Shown piece by piece: positions 39,250 to 49,485 of a stretch of DNA of 64,000 nucleotides. The notes beneath the pieces were generated by a model. It worked only from the letters and a program-made list of their open reading frames with translations. It searched no databases and was not told the origin of the DNA. The number at the start of each line of letters is the position of its first letter. The first letter of the stretch is position 1. This DNA comes from Promethearchaeota archaeon. Its GTDB lineage: Archaea > Asgardarchaeota > Lokiarchaeia > Sigyniarchaeales > SOKP01. The stretch lies in contig JBHLLT010000013.1 of the NCBI GenBank assembly GCA_048938855.1, positions 1 through 64,000 of the forward strand, in the 5' to 3' direction. A program made the translations under genes and the position numbers.

Positions 39250-41178
39250 ATGCCAAATTTAATTGAAAAGAAATTAGGTTATATGAACCAACTTTTTGTA
39301 GAAGGTTTATATTCTAACGTTCTTGATTCTATAGAAGAATTCGAGCAGATAGAAGATCTTACTACAGAAGATCGAATCTCTTGCTGTCATCTTAAGAGTA
39401 ATCTCTATTTTGAGATATGCAAATATACTGATGCTTTCAAATTCGCTGAACAGGCCTGCAACATGAGTCGGGAACTAGGAAATAAATCACTCATACTCGA
39501 TAGTTATATCTCTAAAGCTAGGGCTTCATTGATGTTAAGAGATTATGATTTAGTCTCACAGCTGATATCTAATGGTGAAGAAATGCTCAGAGAGCTTACA
39601 TTAAAACCACAATCAGAGATTGCAAAAAGAGAAGCTCTTTTGAACTTCATTAAAAGTCAAATTTACTTTTCCAAAAATGGTGATATAGAAAAATCTTTAG
39701 AGTATGGAGAACTGGGTCTAAAAATATCAGAGGAACATGAAAATAAAGTGGAGATGGCGTTAGCGTTACAACTAAACGCTCGGTCATATCTTATGATTGG
39801 TAATTTAGATCGAGCTTTAGATTATTTAAAAAGATGCCTGAGTATTCAGAGAACATACCGAAAACGCGATGATTGGTGGACTCTTAACAATCTCGGGGTA
39901 TTGAATGGGATGAGAGGTGAATTAGATCTTGCTTTAGATTATATTAAGCAGAGTTTAGCACTTGCTGAAGAATTAGGTAATAAAAAAATCATTGGACAAT
40001 GCCTTAATAATGCTTCATTAATATATCGACAAAAGGGGGAATTAGATCGCGCTTTGGAGGCATTAGAGCGAAATCTTATGATCTGGGAAGAATTGGGTGA
40101 TAAAATGAATAGGATGGGTGGTTTAGATTCTCTATTTATTGTTTCCTTAGATGCTAACTCTCTTGAAAAAGCACAAGATTATTTATTAGGTATGCAAGAA
40201 ATCAACGAACAAGTCCAAGATCATACATGTGAAGTTGCGTGTCGAGTAAATAAAGCGCTAATGCTAAAAATGAGTCCAGATTCTCACGATCAAGAAAAAG
40301 CTAAAGAAATACTTCAACAGATTGTTAATGATGATATAATAAATTGGGAATTCACTGAACGTGGATTACTTCATTTGTGTGATATTTTCTTGAATGAACT
40401 ACAAAGAGATGATAATGAGGAAGTCTTGGATGAAATAAATATTCTAATCAATAAATTGTTAGATTTTGCTAAATTTCAAAATTCCTATCGCTTGCTAGCG
40501 GAAACTAATCTTTTACAAGGTAAGTTAGCATTAATTCAAATGAATTTGGGAGACTCAAGAAAGTTATTCACAAAAGCTGAGCGTATAGCTGATGAACATG
40601 GACTTCATTTATTAGCTAGAACAATTTCGACAGAACATGATAATTTATTAGAAGAACTAGAAAAATGGGAAACTTTAAGAAAAGTTAAAGCTCCTGTCTC
40701 GGAGCGCTTAAAACATGCTGAAATCGATAAAACTTTAAATCATATGATGGGTAAGCAGATGATGGAACCACCAGATTTAGTTGAAGAAGATCCAATTTTA
40801 CTTTTAATCATGGATGAGTCAGGGAACCCTTATTTTAACCATACATTTATAAAGGATTGGGATTTCAGCGATCTATTTAGCTCTTTTATATCCGCTTTTA
40901 ATACTTTTAGTTCTGAGATCTTCTCGAAAACTATTGATAGGATTAAAATCGGGGAAAATATTATCTTTTTGCAACCAGTTGAACAATTTTTAACTTGTTA
41001 TGTTAGTAAGGGTCAGTCATATCCAGCTATGAAGAAACTTACTAAATTCTCAGATTCTATCAAGACTAAATCAGAGATTTGGGAAAAGTTAAAGAAAGCA
41101 GCTGAAACTTGCCAAGTGTTAAAAGAAGAAAATTTACCTATACTTGGGTCCGTCGTTAACGAAATTTTTACTCATTAA
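39250..41178 (+). CDS. TPR-repeat protein with a C-terminal longin-like domain
   Basis: Repeats such as LNNLGVLNGMRGELDLALDYIKQSLALAEELG; C-terminal PILLLIMDESG...DLFSSFISAFNTFSSEIF...IDRIKIGEN. Confidence 0.8.
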   Translation: MPNLIEKKLGYMNQLFVEGLYSNVLDSIEEFEQIEDLTTEDRISCCHLKSNLYFEICKYTDAFKFAEQACNMSRELGNKSLILDSYISKARASLMLRDYDLVSQLISNGEEMLRELTLKPQSEIAKREALLNFIKSQIYFSKNGDIEKSLEYGELGLKISEEHENKVEMALALQLNARSYLMIGNLDRALDYLKRCLSIQRTYRKRDDWWTLNNLGVLNGMRGELDLALDYIKQSLALAEELGNKKIIGQCLNNASLIYRQKGELDRALEALERNLMIWEELGDKMNRMGGLDSLFIVSLDANSLEKAQDYLLGMQEINEQVQDHTCEVACRVNKALMLKMSPDSHDQEKAKEILQQIVNDDIINWEFTERGLLHLCDIFLNELQRDDNEEVLDEINILINKLLDFAKFQNSYRLLAETNLLQGKLALIQMNLGDSRKLFTKAERIADEHGLHLLARTISTEHDNLLEELEKWETLRKVKAPVSERLKHAEIDKTLNHMMGKQMMEPPDLVEEDPILLLIMDESGNPYFNHTFIKDWDFSDLFSSFISAFNTFSSEIFSKTIDRIKIGENIIFLQPVEQFLTCYVSKGQSYPAMKKLTKFSDSIKTKSEIWEKLKKAAETCQVLKEENLPILGSVVNEIFTH

Positions 41179-41726
41179 TAATAATCTTGGATTCTTAAAA
41201 TCATTGATTTGATGATTTATTCACCAAAACTGAAAAAAGGTAAGGGCAGAAAGAAAAAAATATAGGATTTCGCCCTTTAAATATATTCTCCCTTTTTTTA
41301 AAAAAATATTCTCTTTCTGCCATTATAGGCTAGACTATTTTGCAGAATTTTTAGGCAATATTTAAAGCCATCTATAAAAAATGTGAGTAATAATTTTTTC
41401 AATATTTATTTTTTATCAAATCCAAAAATAGCTTTGAAAATCTAACTTCAGCAATAGATTGCAGTTTCTATTCGCCTTTATCTACTTAATGGAAATCCAT
41501 CTATCTTTTTTTTTCCAAAAGATTCTTGCTGTAATTTCTTTAATTATACAATTAATTAAAGCAAACAGTTATTAATTTCTAACTTCTTAATTAATATTAA
41601 CATTAAAACAATCATCATCTGCCTATTTGGGTTTTAAAATCATGAAATATTTTTTGAATTAAGGTAAATTCATTTTCCAAAACCATTCTCCTTCTATGAG
41701 CAAAAATTTCAATTTATTATTATTTT

Positions 41727-43478
41727 TTAATAGAAATTTGGTGGAAGTAATTCTAATGGATCAATAATTACATCTACTAAATTGAAGCCTTCTGATTTTA
41801 TTGATTCCCTAATTACAGAATCTAATTCAGATAATCTTTCTACTCTAATACCACTTCCACCAAAAGCTTCAACTAATTTAGCAAAATTAGTATTAGGGCG
41901 GTCCGTATCGTAAAACCTTTTTTTATAAAGCATAGCTTGGCCGAATTTGACAAATCCTAATGAAGAATTATTAATTACTATAATTGTGCAATCTAGATCC
42001 AATTTTTTAATTGTTTCAAATTCATTGATACCTCCATTCATTAGACCACCATCTCCAGTAAATAAAATTATTTTAGAATTTTTCTTGTCTAATTCATTCG
42101 AATTAACAGCTATACATGTGCCGATGAGAGCTCCCACCCCGAATCCTGTAGGTCCAACACCTCGGGGCACAATAATTTTTCTACCAATGCTTTTAACAGG
42201 AAAATAAGCACCAATCCATCGCGCACTTGTACTTGCATCGGTAACAAGATAATCATTATGGGTCATATTATCCGATATAGCTTTTAATACTCTCTGAGGC
42301 TTGATTGGCTCACTAAACATCCAATTTACGTTATCTAATTCACGATATTTACTATGATCAATTCTAAGTTTTTCAGTATTTCTTAACCGTTCTTTAATAA
42401 TTTCACCTTCATTATCAAATGCGGTTGTACCTCTCTCGATAAGTAAATTTAAAATCTCTGTAAGAGCCGCTTTTGGATCTCCTATTACACCCCATGGATG
42501 ATAGTTAAGACCAATCTCAGCCGAATCGATATCAATTTGAATCATTTCCATTCTTTGAGTCGGTACCTTAAAATTCGCAGTGTCATCTTCAGTTAATCTA
42601 TTACCTATGACTATCAATAAGTCTGCTTTTGTTCTAACAAATTTATGATTAGGTTTTTCTCCAAAAAGCCCAATAGTACCAAAATATAAATTATTAGGAT
42701 CTTTGTTTTCTTGAACCATTATTCCTTTACCTGAGATTGTTGAAAATACAGGCGCATTTAAAATTTTACTTAACTCTTTTACTTCTTGAAATGCTCCAGA
42801 TAAAACAGCGCCTCCACCAGTATATAAAGCAGGTTGCTTAGCATTTCGAATCATTTCAACAGCTTGTTCTATTTCAGAACTAGGGGGAGCTATACGACAA
42901 CTATTTATTGAGCATGATCCTTTAACAATTGGAACAAAATCTTTAAGCTTCAATTCTGATGACGATATAACATCTTCAGAAATAACTAGTGCTACTGGTC
43001 CAGGTCTTCCATTTACAGCTTGTTTGATTGCATAAGTCATAAATCTTGGCAAATATTCTGTTCTTAAAACTTTCCCTGTCCATTTTGTAACGGGATTTAA
43101 AGTTTCAGATACGTTAATATCATGTGGGATATTCCTTAATTCATCATATGATTTTATTACTCCAACTATTGCTAAAATTGAAGAGGCAGAACCTTTGGCT
43201 TCAGCAAGGGCTACCGGAAAATTCATGGATCCTGCTGCTCCAGCATCACAGACCCCAAGTGAACCTGTAACGCGAGAATATGCATCAGCTGCGAAACAAG
43301 CACTGCGTTCATCGTTGAAAAGAACATGTTCTATTCCGTCTGTAGCCAAAATTCCATCATAAAATCCTAGAGTATGACCATCAGGTATCCCAAAAACAAA
43401 TTCAACACCATGCTCTTTTAAAAACCTTGCCATACCATGTCCCGTATGAACAATCTGCTTAAGATTCTCAGATTCCAT
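41727..43478 (-). CDS. Thiamine-pyrophosphate-binding enzyme (acetolactate synthase large subunit-like)
   Basis: GVEFVFGIPDG, DERSACFAADAYSRVTG, GRPGPV, GDGG...INN TPP motif. Confidence 0.88.
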   Translation of the reverse strand: MESENLKQIVHTGHGMARFLKEHGVEFVFGIPDGHTLGFYDGILATDGIEHVLFNDERSACFAADAYSRVTGSLGVCDAGAAGSMNFPVALAEAKGSASSILAIVGVIKSYDELRNIPHDINVSETLNPVTKWTGKVLRTEYLPRFMTYAIKQAVNGRPGPVALVISEDVISSSELKLKDFVPIVKGSCSINSCRIAPPSSEIEQAVEMIRNAKQPALYTGGGAVLSGAFQEVKELSKILNAPVFSTISGKGIMVQENKDPNNLYFGTIGLFGEKPNHKFVRTKADLLIVIGNRLTEDDTANFKVPTQRMEMIQIDIDSAEIGLNYHPWGVIGDPKAALTEILNLLIERGTTAFDNEGEIIKERLRNTEKLRIDHSKYRELDNVNWMFSEPIKPQRVLKAISDNMTHNDYLVTDASTSARWIGAYFPVKSIGRKIIVPRGVGPTGFGVGALIGTCIAVNSNELDKKNSKIILFTGDGGLMNGGINEFETIKKLDLDCTIIVINNSSLGFVKFGQAMLYKKRFYDTDRPNTNFAKLVEAFGGSGIRVERLSELDSVIRESIKSEGFNLVDVIIDPLELLPPNFY

Positions 43479-43590
43479 TTTTTCTCAAAGACCTTAAATT
43501 TAACATTGAAATTAAGGAATAGAATTTATTAAAACTTCATTTCTAGAAAATATAAATTCTTATATCAATTCAAATCTTAATATAAGGAAC

Positions 43591-44682
43591 TTAAGAATTA
43601 GTTTTGGGAAATATAATTTTAAACTTTTTAAATCTTAATATAATAAAGTATATACATATTCCGATCAACATAAAACTCAAAATTAATGATAATGAATATC
43701 CATTAATACTTCTATTTGATAATTTAATAATCTCAAGACCATCTTGATGAATAGTCAGATATATTATACTTCCAATAACTTGAATATCAAAAATTGGACG
43801 ATTAGGAATATATTGACCAACCCTTTCTGGATTTGAGGGATTACTAATATTTAGAATTTCTAATCCATTTTCACCAGTAATATAGGCATATTTTTCATCA
43901 ACAAATACATTGTGTACATATCCTCCATTATAGTATGAGCCAATTTCTGTTATATTGTTGTAATCAGAAATATTCAAGATCTCCAAACCTTCAACATAAT
44001 CAGCGATAAAGGCAAGGTCATCATATATATACAAATTTCTAGTGTTTCCACCATCAGTATATTGAGTAATACCTTTAGGATGATATGGATCACTAACATT
44101 GATTATATTAAAACCTTGATTCCAATCAACTGCATACACTATGTTTTCAATTACATGTAAATCAGCAAGATTTCCATACGAATTAAATTGACCTAATAAT
44201 GATGGTATGGCAGGAGAACTCACATTTAATATTTTTAGCCCATGGTATACCATATACGCAAGATTGTCCACTACAAAAACACTATCAGCGTCGTCAGTAT
44301 CTTTATAATTTCCAATTTCATATGGATTAGAAGGATCTTTAATATTAATTATCTCTAATCCATCATTCCAATCCCCAATAAAGGCTAAATTTCCCTCGAT
44401 AAATAAATTATGAGCAATTCCACCATCAAAATAATTACCTAATTCATAAGGACTAGAAGGGAAACTAATATCAACAATCCTTAAACCTCCCTCTGCATCA
44501 GCCACATACGCAGCTCCATTACTTACAACAAGACCCATTGCGTCCGTACATCCTGAAAAACGCCCTAATCTGACAAGAAATAATTGATCTTGGTTTCCAG
44601 AAGTATTAACACTAAATATATTTAGGACTATTATCAAAATTAAAAAAAAATGCTTAAAATTCCAATTATGATTATGACTCAC
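43591..44682 (-). CDS. LVIVD-repeat surface protein with a C-terminal membrane anchor
   Basis: Repeats AYVAD...GLRIVDIS/GLEIINI..PSNP; signal peptide; C-terminal INGY + TM + basic tail. Confidence 0.85.
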   Translation of the reverse strand: MSHNHNWNFKHFFLILIIVLNIFSVNTSGNQDQLFLVRLGRFSGCTDAMGLVVSNGAAYVADAEGGLRIVDISFPSSPYELGNYFDGGIAHNLFIEGNLAFIGDWNDGLEIINIKDPSNPYEIGNYKDTDDADSVFVVDNLAYMVYHGLKILNVSSPAIPSLLGQFNSYGNLADLHVIENIVYAVDWNQGFNIINVSDPYHPKGITQYTDGGNTRNLYIYDDLAFIADYVEGLEILNISDYNNITEIGSYYNGGYVHNVFVDEKYAYITGENGLEILNISNPSNPERVGQYIPNRPIFDIQVIGSIIYLTIHQDGLEIIKLSNRSINGYSLSLILSFMLIGICIYFIILRFKKFKIIFPKTNS

Positions 44683-44982
44683 GATGTATCACAGATTTTC
44701 AATAATATATACTGAATTTTCTTTTTGATTTATAAAATTGTTCTGGCTCGTTTAATGTGTTGTAATATTAAGAATAATCTGACTATAATTGAATAATTAA
44801 ATGATTATAATTTATTCACAAGTTAATCTTACACTTACTCTAACCACTTTTTTATTGGAATCATTAAAACAAATTTATCCTTAGACGTTTAATTCTTATT
44901 TTACTGATTATTATCTAATAACAATATTATAAAAATAGTTTAAATCAATTATCAAATAATACATATAATAAAGATATTAATT

Positions 44983-46980
44983 GTGAAAAATATGACTGAT
45001 GACCGAAAAAAATTATGGGAACCTTCAAAAAAATGGATTGAAAACGCAAAAACCACTCATTTTATCGAATTTGTTAATAAGAAATACGATCAAAAAATAA
45101 AAGGGGGTAAAGAGCTATACAGATGGTCCGTTGAGGAAATTCCTGATTTTTGGGATGCTATGTGGAAATTTTCTGGCATTATATCTTCCCAACCTTATGA
45201 TAAAGTTGTAGAAGATTTAAGTGTATTTCCTGGTACTAAATGGTTCCCTGGGGCTAAATTAAATTTTGCTGAAAATCTACTTAAGTATAAGGACAAACAA
45301 CTAGCATTTATATTTCAAGGTGAAACTAAAGTTTCAAAAAAAATGACGTATGAGGAATTAAATAAAACAGTAGCTCACTTAGCAAAATCTCTTAAAGGAA
45401 TTGGAATTAAAATGGGAGATCGAGTAGTATCTTATATTCCAAACTTGATTGAGACTCCAATTGCTATGTTAGCAACAACTGCAATAGGAGCGATTTGGGC
45501 TTCATGTGGTGCTGAACTTCAATCAAGCGCAGTAATAGATAGATTTAGTCAAATTGAACCGAAAATACTTTTCACAGTTGATGGTTACTTTTATAGAGAT
45601 AAGATCTTTGATATCAAAGATAATATAATAGCAGTTGTAGATGCAATCCCTTCAATTCAAAAAGTTGTTGTTGTTTCTTATATCTCTGAGGGCAAAGCTG
45701 ATATTAGTAGTATTCCAAAAGCGATAAATTGGGAGGATTTCATAACTAAGGATGAGGATGTTAAATTAGAATTTGAGCAAGTGCCATTTGATCATCCTAT
45801 CTATATAATGTTCTCTTCGGGAACTACAGGTAAACCAAAATGTATGGTTCAGAGTGGAGGAGGAGTTCTTATAAATCATTTGAAAGAACTTATTCTCTCT
45901 ACAGATTGTAAACGTAGTGATGTTATTAATTATATTACAGCACCCTCTTGGATGATGTGGAATTGGCTAATCAGTGCGTTAGCTGTTGGTGCAACTATTT
46001 TCCTATATGATGGAAACCCCCTTTATCCAGACCCCCTTAGATTTTTTGAGCTAATTGAAAAACATAAAATAACCATCTTTGGAACCAGTGCTGCTTATAT
46101 TCATTATTTAATGGGTCTTAACGTTAAACCTACTGAAAAATATGATCTCTCTTCGTTAAGAGAAATTTCACAGACAGCATCGACTCTTTCACCCGAAGGA
46201 TTTGAATATGTATATAGAGAAATTAAGAAAGATCTGTTTTTTAATTCAATAAGTGGGGGAACAGACATAAATGGATGCTTTGCTGGAGCAATACCAATTC
46301 TTCCAGTATATTCCGGAGAATTACAAGGTCGTGCTTTAGCCATGAAAGTGGAGGCATATAATGATAATACAGAACCTGTTGAAGATGAACAAGCAGAACT
46401 TGTATGTGAAGCACCAGCTCCTTCTATGCCCGTGTATTTCTGGGGAGACGATGATAATATGACAAAATACAAAGCAGCTTATTTTGATCACTTTAAAGAT
46501 ACAGGAAAGAATGTATGGAGGCACGGAGATTATATAGTAATTCATAGTGACACAGGCGGAATTACTTTTTGGGGACGCTCTGATGCTGTTTTAAAGCCCT
46601 CAGGAGTAAGAATTGGTACTGCTGAAATATATAATGTAGTCGAACAACTTCCTGAAGTTTCAGACTCATTGGTAATTGGTCAACAATGGGAAGGTGATAT
46701 TCGCATTGTTATGTTCGTTCTATTAAATGAGGGCTATGAATTAACAGATGAATTAAAAATAAAAATACAACAAATAATTCGAGAGAAAACTAGTCCAAGA
46801 CATGTGCCAAAGTTAATTTTTGCTGCGCCTGAAGATGGTATTCCTTATACTTTTAGCAACAAGAAAGTTGAGATTGCAGTTACTAAAATTATACATGGTA
46901 TGGAAGTGGCTAATCGTGGTGCTCTAAGAAACCCAGAATCGCTGGACTTCTACATGGAAATGAAGGATAAGCTTCAATAA
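44983..46980 (+). CDS. Acetoacetyl-CoA synthetase (acetoacetate-CoA ligase)
   Basis: WFPGAKLNFAENLL, MFSSGTTGKPKC, SISGGTDI, WRHGD, GRSDAVLKPSGVRIGTAEIY, SPRHVP, KKVEIAV. Confidence 0.92.
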   Translation: MKNMTDDRKKLWEPSKKWIENAKTTHFIEFVNKKYDQKIKGGKELYRWSVEEIPDFWDAMWKFSGIISSQPYDKVVEDLSVFPGTKWFPGAKLNFAENLLKYKDKQLAFIFQGETKVSKKMTYEELNKTVAHLAKSLKGIGIKMGDRVVSYIPNLIETPIAMLATTAIGAIWASCGAELQSSAVIDRFSQIEPKILFTVDGYFYRDKIFDIKDNIIAVVDAIPSIQKVVVVSYISEGKADISSIPKAINWEDFITKDEDVKLEFEQVPFDHPIYIMFSSGTTGKPKCMVQSGGGVLINHLKELILSTDCKRSDVINYITAPSWMMWNWLISALAVGATIFLYDGNPLYPDPLRFFELIEKHKITIFGTSAAYIHYLMGLNVKPTEKYDLSSLREISQTASTLSPEGFEYVYREIKKDLFFNSISGGTDINGCFAGAIPILPVYSGELQGRALAMKVEAYNDNTEPVEDEQAELVCEAPAPSMPVYFWGDDDNMTKYKAAYFDHFKDTGKNVWRHGDYIVIHSDTGGITFWGRSDAVLKPSGVRIGTAEIYNVVEQLPEVSDSLVIGQQWEGDIRIVMFVLLNEGYELTDELKIKIQQIIREKTSPRHVPKLIFAAPEDGIPYTFSNKKVEIAVTKIIHGMEVANRGALRNPESLDFYMEMKDKLQ

Positions 46981-47069
46981 TATTATTTTTTTATTTTCAA
47001 TTTTTTTTGAAATAAAGTCTTACTTTTGAATTATTCTTCATAAAAAAAAAAGAAGAGAAATAAATATCT

Positions 47070-47285
47070 TTATATCGTAATAAGGAGTGGTACTATCATT
47101 ATTACAAGCATAAAATTAGCTATCATATGAGCAAAAATTGATAATCTTACATCCTGCTTTTTCAATACCAGATAAGTTATTGGAATAAATATAATAATAT
47201 TTGCAATGATAGTCCATGGTGCCCATAAATGGTATAAAGCCCATAGAGATACATTTAAAATAGCAGCTTTTCTACCAAATTTTAT
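47070..47285 (-). pseudogene. C-terminal remnant of a CPBP/Abi (CAAX protease-like) membrane protein
   Basis: Hand translation IKFGRKAAILNVSLWALYHLWAPW...SIFAHMIANFMLVIMIVPLLITI*; in-frame stop directly upstream; N-terminal EE..R motif absent. Confidence 0.6.
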
Positions 47286-47315
47286 TTAGAATATTATTTT
47301 TTATTATTGTAAGGA

Positions 47316-47969
47316 TTAAGACTTTTTAAGCCGAGGACAAGATAAAATACATACCAGACATCCATTATCTCCTAAACAAGTCTTAATATTTAAAACATCC
47401 TCTCTACATGAGGGATGATCGTCAAAAGCAACAAACGTAAGTGCGTTCTTAGGACACGCTTCTATACATTTTCGACAATCACCACATTCATTTTTTATTA
47501 CTTGATTAGTTTGAAGTGGCAGGTCTGTCAAAATTGCGATTAAGCGATGTAAGGGACCATATTCTGGAGAAATAATTAATAGTGACCTTCCTTGCCAACC
47601 AAGTCCTGCTTTTTTAGCTAAGAGTTTAAGAGACATAAATCCTAACCGATTAATAGGATCAAATTCATCTTCAGTATGAATAATAAGTTGCCTATAGCCC
47701 TTATCTTCTAAGTATTCCATTATAGAAAACGCAGCCTCTTCTAAAAATAGTGCGGTCTTACCGCTAGAGGCTTTTTTCCCTAACTTTCCATATTGAGCTC
47801 CTAATACAATGGCATATGGAAACATATTTAGGAATTTTTCCAAATTTATTGGAATTCCCGTTTCCATTTCCTTTAACAAATTCATGTTAGCAATACCATA
47901 GACATCAATTTCTAGCTTATTAATATATTTCCTAAGATTTTCTGTATCTATTTTCTTTTCCTCATCCAT
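47316..47969 (-). CDS. QueG-like 4Fe-4S protein (epoxyqueuosine reductase family)
   Basis: SLKLLAKKAGLGWQGRSLLIISPEYGP, ILTDLPL, CGDCRKCIEACP, CLVCILSCP. Confidence 0.78.
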   Translation of the reverse strand: MDEEKKIDTENLRKYINKLEIDVYGIANMNLLKEMETGIPINLEKFLNMFPYAIVLGAQYGKLGKKASSGKTALFLEEAAFSIMEYLEDKGYRQLIIHTEDEFDPINRLGFMSLKLLAKKAGLGWQGRSLLIISPEYGPLHRLIAILTDLPLQTNQVIKNECGDCRKCIEACPKNALTFVAFDDHPSCREDVLNIKTCLGDNGCLVCILSCPRLKKS

Positions 47970-48287
47970 TTTCTACAACTTAATTATTTCTTTTTTATAA
48001 TTTTATTCTTATTTTCATTATTAATTCAATTATTTCATTCTCCAAATAATTTCTTTTAAAAATTTAAAGATATTTTTAATTTTTTTTTTCATATTATTTA
48101 AAACTTAATTTTTATCGTATCAGATTCGTCTTTTTTATTATTATGTCTAATATCGGCTATAACTAATAAAAAATTAAAAAAAAAAGAATTCTTCAATAAT
48201 TAGTCTTTCCAATTAAAAAATCTACTACCGACTAAAGCAGAAATTGTAATGTATATAACTAATCCTAAGATCATAAATCTTAATCGC

Positions 48288-48716
48288 CTAGGTTTTAAAC
48301 TCTAGCTCACAAGCGCAATTTTTTGAATTAATTATATCATCTCCGCAAGGACATTTTTTTGGATGCCCATACTTTTCGCATATCTTATTTATCGTATCAC
48401 ATGATAATAAAAGATTAAGTTTTGTGCTTTCTTCATGAGCTTCTTCAGCTGTCATTCCTAATTCATTAAAGAAAAGTAATTCAAGCAATCGTTCGTGTCT
48501 TAACAATTCTCTTGCAACGTCGATTCCTTTGTTAATTAAATTTACTTCGCAAAAAGGTTCATAATTGATATATCCATTCGCTTTTAACCTTTTTACACAG
48601 CTACCTAGCGTAGAATGTTTTATATTTAGCTTAAGAGCCATATGGCTTATTTTTATGGGCATTTTGTGGTTATACAAAAACTTTAATACTTTATAGTCTA
48701 AATCTATCATTATCAT
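48288..48716 (-). CDS. DtxR/MntR-family metal-dependent transcriptional regulator
   Basis: HTH, LLRHERLLELLF, AHEES, GHPKKCPCG. Confidence 0.88.
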   Translation of the reverse strand: MIMIDLDYKVLKFLYNHKMPIKISHMALKLNIKHSTLGSCVKRLKANGYINYEPFCEVNLINKGIDVARELLRHERLLELLFFNELGMTAEEAHEESTKLNLLLSCDTINKICEKYGHPKKCPCGDDIINSKNCACELEFKT

Positions 48717-48735
48717 AACCCCTGTTATATTTAAT

Positions 48736-49449
48736 TTAAAAGATAAAAATTTGTTTAATTATTTCATCTATTTCATTATCATCCGGCTTTCCATCATATA
48801 TTATAGTTCCATCCATAAGTAAAAGTCTATTACAATATGGTTGTAATAAATCAAGGTGATGATTAATTGCGATAATGGTGATATTTAATTTATTATTTAG
48901 TTCAACCAATAAATTCATCAAATCTTTAACCATCATAAAATCTAAGGCACTAGTTGGTTCATCAAGGAGTAAAATTTTAGGTTTTGAGGCGAGGGCTCTA
49001 GCAACCATTACTTTCTGAAGTTCTCCTCCAGATAAATGTCCAATTGGACGATTCTTATACGCTTCCAGATGGACTGTATGAAGTGCTTCTTCAGCTTGCT
49101 TTTTGTCTTCTTGTTTTAGGGGTTTCAAAAATCCAATTTTACCGAATAACCCCATTTCTACTACTTCTAACACTGTTGCTGGAAAAGATTTTTTAACTGA
49201 AATATTTTGAGGAACATAACCAACATTTGATCGGACTTTTTTGATATTTTCAGAACCTAGTACTCTTACCCTCCCAATGTCAGGTTCAATAAGACCTATA
49301 ATTGTCTTCAGAAAAGTAGTCTTTCCTGAACCATTTGGACCGAAAATACCAATATAATCTCCTTGATAAATACTTACATCTACATTCTGTAAAGCAGTTA
49401 CATTCTGGTACTTGACGGTAACATTTTCAAACATTACAACTGGTTCCAT
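48736..49449 (-). CDS. znuC: Zn/Mn ABC transporter ATP-binding subunit
   Basis: GPNGSGKTT, GYVPQ, FPATVLEVV, LSGGE, LLLDEPT. Confidence 0.88.
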   Translation of the reverse strand: MEPVVMFENVTVKYQNVTALQNVDVSIYQGDYIGIFGPNGSGKTTFLKTIIGLIEPDIGRVRVLGSENIKKVRSNVGYVPQNISVKKSFPATVLEVVEMGLFGKIGFLKPLKQEDKKQAEEALHTVHLEAYKNRPIGHLSGGELQKVMVARALASKPKILLLDEPTSALDFMMVKDLMNLLVELNNKLNITIIAINHHLDLLQPYCNRLLLMDGTIIYDGKPDDNEIDEIIKQIFIF

Positions 49450-49485
49450 TTACAAGCCTCCTATATTTTTTATAAAAGTTCAATT

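Noticed and set aside
41330-41720. Decayed gene in the gap between the TPR-longin and TPP-enzyme genes
   Set aside because: There are protein-like fragments on the - strand, but with multiple stops and no family I can support.
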